A stretch of 64,000 nt of DNA from a virus: positions 32,001-96,000 of the IMG/VR virus record IMGVR_UViG_3300027810_000002. One strand, written 5' to 3'. Below, piece by piece: positions 57,688-64,000 of the stretch; the stretch's first letter is position 1; each line of letters opens with the position of its first letter. A model generated the notes under the pieces. That model was not told the DNA's origin, made no database searches, and saw only the letters and a program-made list of their open reading frames with translations. The translations under genes and the position numbers were made by a program.

Positions 57688-58471
57688 TGCTTAGTTCTTT
57701 AATTTGCTGAATGTGTTCTAATTGTTTTTCACTTAACTCAATATTAGATGTTCTTAATTTAATCATTAAGTTACCATATTGATTTTTATTATATATCGGA
57801 AATCCCATGCCCATAATTCTTAAAATCTTACCATCATATGAGTTCTTAGGTACCTTTATCTTAACGCTATTTACTTTCGTGGTAACTTCAAATTCGCCAC
57901 CTAATAAAATATCATAAAAGGGTAGATTGTAATCCATCCAAATATCTCCATTAGTTACTATCATCTCAGGATCTGGCATGATATTCATTATTAATATAAC
58001 ATCACCATTTGGCGCCGAAGAATTAGCAGGATGTGGAAGTCCCTTTCCTTTTAATTTAAGCTTAGCTCCTTCATGAATTCCTTTCGGTATATTAACATTA
58101 AATGCAGAGTGTGTTGTATCTATTCTTTTAGTTGTTCCGTGGTAAACTTCTTCTAAAGTTAGTCTAATTCTAATTGTAACGTCTGATCCTCTTGCATTTT
58201 GGTTAAATGCGTTATCAAACATATTAGAGAAATCTCCACCGAATTGATTAAAGAAATTGTCGAATCCACCTGAACTAAAAGAATTTTTGAGATCATATTC
58301 CTTTTTCTTTTGGGAATCGCTCAATGTTTCGTATGCTTGTGAAATCTTTTTAAATTTATCTTCAGATCCTCCAATATCAGGGTGGTGGACTTTAACAAGA
58401 CCTCTATATGCCTTCTTAATATCCTCCTGACTAGCAGCGGGCTCGAGCCCCAGGATCTTATAGTAATCCAT
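57680..58471 (-). CDS. dnaJ: DnaJ/CbpA-type (class B) co-chaperone
   Basis: DYYKILG, HHPD, G/F linker, DnaJ_C domains, no Zn finger. Confidence 0.9.
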   Translation of the reverse strand: MDYYKILGLEPAASQEDIKKAYRGLVKVHHPDIGGSEDKFKKISQAYETLSDSQKKKEYDLKNSFSSGGFDNFFNQFGGDFSNMFDNAFNQNARGSDVTIRIRLTLEEVYHGTTKRIDTTHSAFNVNIPKGIHEGAKLKLKGKGLPHPANSSAPNGDVILIMNIMPDPEMIVTNGDIWMDYNLPFYDILLGGEFEVTTKVNSVKIKVPKNSYDGKILRIMGMGFPIYNKNQYGNLMIKLRTSNIELSEKQLEHIQQIKELSNA

Positions 58472-58656
58472 TATTTGGATTCTTTAGGTGGAATCTGTCT
58501 TGTTTGTCTTGAATTCTTTGCAGCTTTATTACTTTTATTAGATTCTTTAATCTCATTCTTTTTCATATTGATTTCTCTCTTTTCAGAGTTCTGCATCAAT
58601 TGAGCTATTTTCTCTAAAGCTGTTGCAATTCTAGCGATATGTATATTATCTTCCAT
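58471..58656 (-). CDS. Small hypothetical protein
   Basis: 61 aa, RIATALEKIA motif, TAATG overlap with dnaJ. Confidence 0.55.
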   Translation of the reverse strand: MEDNIHIARIATALEKIAQLMQNSEKREINMKKNEIKESNKSNKAAKNSRQTRQIPPKESK

Positions 58657-58668
58657 GTATTATATATC

Positions 58669-58938
58669 TTATTTAAAGAATTGAATCTGTTCTTTAAGAT
58701 CTGCGCACTTTTCGTACTCTTCAATCTCTTCAAAGTAAAACATAGTCTCTTCTATAATGTGCCTGATCATATCGGGATCACGAGTTTTATCCGTATCAAT
58801 TCCATGTTTAACTATAGCTTCGTAGTTCGCACGTGCAAGGCGGTCCTTGAGGTTATCCAGGTGTTCTTGATCTTCGATCAATATTCCATTGTTTTCAGAT
58901 TCCTCGTTAAATTCTTGTTCAAATTCAAAATTGTCCAT
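58669..58938 (-). CDS. Hypothetical protein with UVR-like EEYEKC motif
   Basis: YFEEIEEYEKCADLKE. Confidence 0.65.
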   Translation of the reverse strand: MDNFEFEQEFNEESENNGILIEDQEHLDNLKDRLARANYEAIVKHGIDTDKTRDPDMIRHIIEETMFYFEEIEEYEKCADLKEQIQFFK

Positions 58939-58947
58939 ATTGTTTCT

Positions 58948-58972
58948 TTATTTGTTATATGTAAATATAAAC
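58948..58972 (-). promoter_or_regulatory. Early/host-RNAP-type promoter
   Basis: Identical to 1320-1344. Confidence 0.6.
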
Positions 58973-59020
58973 CTTTTATTTGATATAAAAAAATCCTGGT
59001 GAAAAAACTTTTAATTATTT

Positions 59021-59743
59021 TTAAATAAGTTCCATGCTTGACATTTTTAGCATAACATTCATAGTTGCTAAAACATCCTTTTCACAGTAATCCTTTATTC
59101 TTTCTAAACCACCTTCCCAATAAACTCTATTAACGTCAGATCCTGATATGTCATCTTTAGGTGTTGGAATTCCAAGAACATTACATAAAATTCCTAGTGA
59201 TGCTCCATTATATCCTCCAAATTTCCAAACCTCAAGAGTATCTAATAGACAGTTTTCCCATGGTTTTTGTTTTTGAAGATGCAATTTAGCAGTAGGTGTA
59301 ATTCCATTTATTAAACATCTTTTAATAATCCACGGAGCATCAAACTTTTTAATATTATGCCCTGTTAATTGAACATTTCCGTTTTTATTAAATACGGCGC
59401 CTAGTGTTTGATTAAAATCAGAGAGTATGGTATACTCATCATCTCCATAATATGATTTTATTTTAGAGTGTTGTGGCATTCCAATTTCATCGAACTGAAT
59501 TTGACCAATTGATATTGTAACTATTTTTCCAAACTCTGGATGTAAAGATGCGTTTGATTGATAGAAATCTTCGTCGCTTAAATCTGACTTTTGATTCTCA
59601 TATGATTTAATTTGATCTGCCTTTTGAAGCCATAAATCATGTAGTCCTTTATTAGAACTTTTTAAATCATTTAAGGTTTTATGCTGAGCTGTCGTCTCTA
59701 TATCAATAAACAACATGCTTTTTAATTCGCTAGCGCTATACAT
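59021..59743 (-). CDS. 3'-5' exonuclease (PolB-exo-like, DEDDy)
   Basis: FIDIET, GHNIKKFDAP, YCEKDV. Confidence 0.85.
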   Translation of the reverse strand: MYSASELKSMLFIDIETTAQHKTLNDLKSSNKGLHDLWLQKADQIKSYENQKSDLSDEDFYQSNASLHPEFGKIVTISIGQIQFDEIGMPQHSKIKSYYGDDEYTILSDFNQTLGAVFNKNGNVQLTGHNIKKFDAPWIIKRCLINGITPTAKLHLQKQKPWENCLLDTLEVWKFGGYNGASLGILCNVLGIPTPKDDISGSDVNRVYWEGGLERIKDYCEKDVLATMNVMLKMSSMELI

Positions 59744-59966
59744 TTCTTAATTCATTACGGGTTAATGCTATTTCTCTAATACTTATAGGATATTTAGTAC
59801 CATCTGATTCCATTGTATACCATTTTTCATTATAATGTTTTGATAAACTTTTAGATTCTTTAGTTAGAATTCCAAATAATGTAGAACCTGCAAAACTAAA
59901 GTAGTATTTCTCTCCAATCTTTGGAGATTTTACTGTAATAGTTCTTTGTGTTTTTTTCTTTGCCAT
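59736..59966 (-). CDS. Hypothetical protein
   Basis: 76 aa, downstream of AAAC-N17-TATAA at 59974-59999. Confidence 0.55.
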   Translation of the reverse strand: MAKKKTQRTITVKSPKIGEKYYFSFAGSTLFGILTKESKSLSKHYNEKWYTMESDGTKYPISIREIALTRNELRNV

Positions 59967-59997
59967 ATACTTATTATATATGAAAAGACAAAAAAGT

Positions 59998-60231
59998 TTA
60001 CAATTCCATCCAGGTTGAGTGTTCCTTAGTACCTCTTATTCGAGTATATACTTCATAATTGACATTTATCTCTAAAAATCCTCCAGATATAGTTTCAGGA
60101 AGATCTTTAGGATTAATCCAGTATTCTGGTAATTTATCAGTTCTTTCATTGATAAAATCAAATAAAGCATCTACTTCCATATGGTGAACATATAGGGTGA
60201 TGTGCATGCAATTCATATTTGGATATCCCAT
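59998..60231 (-). CDS. Hypothetical protein
   Basis: 77 aa ORF. Confidence 0.55.
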   Translation of the reverse strand: MGYPNMNCMHITLYVHHMEVDALFDFINERTDKLPEYWINPKDLPETISGGFLEINVNYEVYTRIRGTKEHSTWMEL

Positions 60232-60237
60232 AATTTG

Positions 60238-60831
60238 TTATTTATAGTGACCTCCACCTAACCAAAGAACAAATGATTTTCTAGTTCCTTTTGTAACTGG
60301 TTTAACAGAGTGTACCAAGTAGCTAGGAAATAAAACAACATTTCCTTTTCCTCTAGGTGCTATTAAGTTATTTTTATCTAAGGATTCTCCTCCTTGCCAA
60401 AAGCATAAGTCTCCTCCTTCATATTCTTCACTATCTGATAATTGAACGGTTATAGATACTTTTCTAATAGACATATCATGATCTCCAACATCTTGGTGCC
60501 AATCATATTTACCAAACTCAGTAGCTTCATATTCAGTATACTGTATTAATTCAGGAGCCGAATGTAAATCAAAATTCCACAGTTGGTTATTTGCTTCACT
60601 TGACATGTTTATTAATTTTTGATATAGCCATTTCCATTCTTCAGATTGTGGAATCCATTTGATATTTGATTTTCTATCTGCAGAACTGTCTCCAGAAGCT
60701 GTTACTGCTCTATTATATGGAATATTAGAAACTCCATCTTCAATCACCTTTAATTCTTGAGGTGTAAACCCCTGATCAAACCAATAGTACTGTTGAGCCT
60801 CGTTTTCTTGTGGTTTAAAAAAGTTATTCAT
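60238..60831 (-). CDS. 2OG-Fe(II) oxygenase (prolyl-4-hydroxylase/PKHD-like)
   Basis: YDWHQD, RKVSITVQLS, YEGGDL, FPSYLVHSVKPVTKGTRKS. Confidence 0.9.
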   Translation of the reverse strand: MNNFFKPQENEAQQYYWFDQGFTPQELKVIEDGVSNIPYNRAVTASGDSSADRKSNIKWIPQSEEWKWLYQKLINMSSEANNQLWNFDLHSAPELIQYTEYEATEFGKYDWHQDVGDHDMSIRKVSITVQLSDSEEYEGGDLCFWQGGESLDKNNLIAPRGKGNVVLFPSYLVHSVKPVTKGTRKSFVLWLGGGHYK

Positions 60832-62677
60832 TATCTGTATATGTTATATTTACTGCTCCTTCTTCTTTTCCGAATCTGGATTTTGTGTTAATAGGCCAAT
60901 CTGGATTTTCTGCATAAGCCCAATCATGTTGTCCAAGTTCTTCAAATCTTTCTTTAATTTGTTCGTTATATCTAGATGCGATAGTGCGTGTTCTTCTTTG
61001 TATATCTGCTCTAGATAGATCATGTGTATTTCTATGACCTTGATTACTATATAAAAATTGAATATAGCTTAACTTAGGTATCTTACACATAATAGTGTTT
61101 AAGAATGTTCTAATAATTAATTCGTAATCATCAACAACTGTTAAACTTCTATTGTGTCCTCCAATTGCAAAGTATGTAGATCTTCTCCACGCTCTAATGT
61201 GATTAGGAACTCCAACAATATGTCTAATTGTTTTTGGGTTAATATTTTGCTGATTAGCAGGGCTTAACATTCTACCTTGATATTCTTCTTCTCGATAGTT
61301 ACCATATCCTAATGCAAAACCAGGGCCATATTTTTGATTTTGCCATTGTTCATTTACTTCAGCAGTATCTCCATAAAAGAATCCACACTCTGGGTGTTTT
61401 TGTGCGGCGTTATGTAAATCCTGTGCACATGTTACTGCGAGTAAATCATCGTGATCTAGTTCTGCGATAATATATCCTCTAGCCATTGCATTTGCTCTCC
61501 ACTTGACCTCTCCGATAATCCCACCTGATTTTTCTCTAAAATCGTATAGCTTAACTCTAGGATCATTTGCTGCAATCTGCTCTGCAATCTTAAGTGTTTT
61601 ACCACCGTCAGTTGAATCGTTCATTAATACCCATTCCCAATTATCATAAGTTTGAGCAGCAACTGAGTTATAGGTGTTTATTAACTTTTCACCTGTGTTA
61701 TATATTGGAGTTGTAAAAGATATCATGCTATGATCGTCCATGTTTGTCGGATCTAACATTGCATTTTCAGAAACGTTATACGCAATGTCTCCTATGTTTT
61801 TAAAATCTTCGTCATTATCAATATTGATCCATTTTCTCCTAAATTGAAGAGGTAGTTTTGATAGATATTTAAAATCAGAAGAACTCTTTCCTCGAGTTAC
61901 TATTGCATCTGGTTTAAAACTGGATATTTTTTTTCTAATATCAGTATCATCCTTTGTATATTTAACCTCTAAGTTGTCATCCTCGTAATCGAGCACTTTA
62001 GTGGTTTTTATTACTGGTTCTCCAGGGCCTATGTATAAAATTCTAGGTAGTTTAGGTGTTGATACTTTTTCTAGTTGATTGTAATATGAAAGAATTTCAT
62101 TAATCCAAACAAATGTATCTGGGTGTTTCTTATATACTTCCTCGATAAAGAAACCATCAGCTGCATAATCTGCCGTGAAACCATATTTTTCAAAAAGCTC
62201 TGATCTAAATAATATTTGAGCTATGTCTGTTTTTCTGAAACCGGTAGATTCTGGAGTAGCTTCTCTATATTTTAATCCGGTAAAATCTTTACCATCTACT
62301 GACTGGCCAACCATTATAATTTTCTTTTCATAATTTATAGGTAGCGTTGCAAAGTCCTCAACTCTTTGATAAAATTCAGGGTGCATTATATTGTCGTCAT
62401 CTAGTAAATAAAACCAAGAATGTTTTAGGCTTTTTATTAAATCAGTTGTTTCAGGGTACATCATACCGCCTAACTGTCCTTTAATAAAATGAATTGTTGT
62501 GTTTGCTTGATCTAATTCAGATAAAATATTTGCATCAATATCCTTTAATGCCCTTGTATCAAATATAACATGCCAATGTATTTCTACTCCTCTTGTTTTA
62601 GAAGTGTCGAATACCGTTGGTTGTATTTTTAATAAATTAGATGTTCTAGTACATCTTGTGATTACGTTAATTTTCAT
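60824..62677 (-). CDS. Two-domain GT-A (family 2-like) glycosyltransferase
   Basis: Domain 1 has YLLDDDN and ADG. Domain 2 has TPIYNT, NDSTD, ELDHDD, DDYEL. Confidence 0.85.
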   Translation of the reverse strand: MKINVITRCTRTSNLLKIQPTVFDTSKTRGVEIHWHVIFDTRALKDIDANILSELDQANTTIHFIKGQLGGMMYPETTDLIKSLKHSWFYLLDDDNIMHPEFYQRVEDFATLPINYEKKIIMVGQSVDGKDFTGLKYREATPESTGFRKTDIAQILFRSELFEKYGFTADYAADGFFIEEVYKKHPDTFVWINEILSYYNQLEKVSTPKLPRILYIGPGEPVIKTTKVLDYEDDNLEVKYTKDDTDIRKKISSFKPDAIVTRGKSSSDFKYLSKLPLQFRRKWINIDNDEDFKNIGDIAYNVSENAMLDPTNMDDHSMISFTTPIYNTGEKLINTYNSVAAQTYDNWEWVLMNDSTDGGKTLKIAEQIAANDPRVKLYDFREKSGGIIGEVKWRANAMARGYIIAELDHDDLLAVTCAQDLHNAAQKHPECGFFYGDTAEVNEQWQNQKYGPGFALGYGNYREEEYQGRMLSPANQQNINPKTIRHIVGVPNHIRAWRRSTYFAIGGHNRSLTVVDDYELIIRTFLNTIMCKIPKLSYIQFLYSNQGHRNTHDLSRADIQRRTRTIASRYNEQIKERFEELGQHDWAYAENPDWPINTKSRFGKEEGAVNITYTDNE

Positions 62678-62688
62678 TTAATGTGGTT

Positions 62689-63621
62689 TTATTGTTCAAT
62701 GTCAAAGAAGAACATGTGGAAAAATCTTGCATTATCAATTGCATCTCCAAAGTATTCGGTCGCTGCGTGTAATTGTGATGAGTTAAATATTACTAGTCTA
62801 TTATATACATTTCCAATATCATCAATCTTTTCAAATTGAGTTCCATCGTAGAAATTCATTTCTTTATTAGTACCTCTGAATGTATTTAAATATTCATCTC
62901 CCATTCTAGATTCTTGACCTGGAAACGATGAAATTCCTGTAACTTTACTTCGATACATTGCAGTTCCTGTTTGTGGAGGTGCGTCTGGGGTTAAGTAAAC
63001 CATTGCAGCATACATTTGACTATCTACATGGTATACTATAGGTTGATCTGCAGTACAGAACTGAAACACTCCATTCGCATATCCACCATCATTCCAGTTT
63101 GTTATCTTTCTACCTAGTACTTCTTCAAGTTTTTCCTTAGTGCCATCTATAATATATCTAGATTGAGATCTTTGTCCTTTGTGATATTTAGAAGGTAAAA
63201 ACTCTAAATTGTTCATAGCATATTTTCTGACTAAGTCAGGATCTGCATAGAAATTATCAACAACAATAACATCTTTATCTGTTTTATTAAATCCAGATGA
63301 AGAAGCTGGCCATTTTGCTAAAGAAATAAGTTCAACTGGCGCTGCATCATTTAAACTAATCCATAGTTTTTTCGTAATATCTTCGTGTAGCATCATTATA
63401 TTAAATCCTACATTTTCCGGAATTGTTCCTTTATAAAAAGAAGAAACATCTGATCTCTTTTCCCATGAAATATTCAAGGATTTTCCATCTAATAGAACGT
63501 CAGTTACTATAGTATCTTTAGTTATTGAACCTACCCATCCTCTTACGTACCAATATCCATCGGTGGCTTTTTTAACAGAATCAATGTTTAATTTTACATT
63601 GTTTAAATTAGTTTCGTGCAT
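62689..63621 (-). CDS. 2OG-Fe(II) oxygenase (DUF6445-like) with N-terminal extra domain
   Basis: IVVDNFYADPD.VR, YHVD, VYLTP, YNRLVIF...LHAA, RFFHMFF. Confidence 0.8.
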   Translation of the reverse strand: MHETNLNNVKLNIDSVKKATDGYWYVRGWVGSITKDTIVTDVLLDGKSLNISWEKRSDVSSFYKGTIPENVGFNIMMLHEDITKKLWISLNDAAPVELISLAKWPASSSGFNKTDKDVIVVDNFYADPDLVRKYAMNNLEFLPSKYHKGQRSQSRYIIDGTKEKLEEVLGRKITNWNDGGYANGVFQFCTADQPIVYHVDSQMYAAMVYLTPDAPPQTGTAMYRSKVTGISSFPGQESRMGDEYLNTFRGTNKEMNFYDGTQFEKIDDIGNVYNRLVIFNSSQLHAATEYFGDAIDNARFFHMFFFDIEQ

Positions 63622-63674
63622 TACTTTAAATTTTAATAATTATACATTAAATGTTTGATTTGTTTATATATTAC

Positions 63675-63704
63675 AAAAAAAAGGATCCCAATGGGATCCT
63701 TTTT
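63675..63704 (-). terminator. Rho-independent terminator
   Basis: AAAAAGGATCCCA-A-TGGGATCCTTTTT palindrome. Confidence 0.85.
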
Positions 63705-63730
63705 AATAATAAGTATGTTATTATAAATTA

Positions 63731-64000
63731 TTATGTCGGAGTAATGGTACCACCGCCTTTGAGTCCTCCACCACCGCCTCCGGTTGCTGTAACTAATCCA
63801 TTAACGAATGTGACATTGTGTCCCGTACCGAAGAAAATGGTTTCACTAATAGCACTAATTGTTCCGTTAGTTCCTGGATGTCCTCCATAACCTCGTACAC
63901 CCTGAGGTCCATTTGCTCCAGTTGCTCCTGTAGGCCCTTTATAACCTTGTGGTCCATTTGATCCTGTTGGTCCTCCATTTCCGCCATTTCCTTTTGTTCC
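63731..64000 (-). CDS. C-terminus of a collagen-like (fibre) protein, partial
   Basis: Hand translation: GTKGNGGNGGPTGSNGPQGYKGPTGATGANGPQGVRGYGGHPGTNGTIS...TFVNGLVTATGGGGGGLKGGGTITPT*. Confidence 0.8.
   Translation of the reverse strand, partial: GTKGNGGNGGPTGSNGPQGYKGPTGATGANGPQGVRGYGGHPGTNGTISAISETIFFGTGHNVTFVNGLVTATGGGGGGLKGGGTITPT

Noticed and set aside
779-63890. All plus-strand ORFs in the track (e.g. 3783-4316, 17396-17881, 43178-43645, 58639-58983, 63651-63890)
   Set aside because: They are antisense shadows of well-supported minus-strand genes, with low-complexity translations and no motifs.
4516-63987. Alternative-frame minus-strand ORFs (4516-4863, 25149-25397, 28145-28333, 28553-28738, 35145-35363, 50092-50394, 55051-55245, 63793-63987)
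   Set aside because: They are nested out of frame in real genes. The Lys/Leu-rich 50092-50394 is the shifted reading of GAA-rich codons, and 63793-63987 is the wrong frame of the collagen gene.
1-64000. Stop-codon reassignment (alternative genetic code)
   Set aside because: Code 11 gives dense, full-length genes, and TAA, TAG and TGA all occur as plausible stops.
1-64000. tRNA, rRNA, intron, intein, integrase or transposase
   Set aside because: Intergenic gaps are short and explained by promoters and terminators. No cloverleaf or intein motifs were seen by eye, and helicase and primase lengths are normal. tRNAscan-SE/Infernal were not run.

Overview
This 64 kb window is AT-rich, and essentially every real gene lies on the minus strand. 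It is part of a large T4-like (contractile-tailed, probably jumbo) phage genome. The host is most likely Bacteroidota/Flavobacteriia, judged from the Bacteroidota-type bS21 and bS1, TAnnTTT(A/G)-type promoters and lack of Shine-Dalgarno sites. In coordinate order it holds: a cluster of putative capsid-internal proteins (1-4282); a replication/recombination block (UvsW, UvsY, primase, gp32-like SSB, RuvC-like); a long tail/baseplate/neck block (gp3, two paralogous collagen-containing fibres, gp7/gp6/gp25/gp13/gp5/gp27/gp53-like); an amidoligase and ribosomal protein S1; a second internal-protein cluster (49790-53483); auxiliary genes (dCMP deaminase, UvsE, RNase HII, PhoH, bS21, DnaJ, exonuclease); and two 2OG-Fe(II) oxygenases flanking a double glycosyltransferase beside a collagen-like gene. 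The most striking signal is a putative cargo-packaging system. About ten unrelated proteins share an N-terminal K-x-(F/Y)-E-x-F..E tag resembling the T4 capsid-targeting sequence. One of them is a polyprotein of distinct modules separated by a conserved ESVV(N/T)E linker that is also a DNA repeat. Three promoter classes, several probably leaderless late transcripts and a Fur/PerR-like box are also visible. All product calls come from motif recognition by eye; no database search was run.
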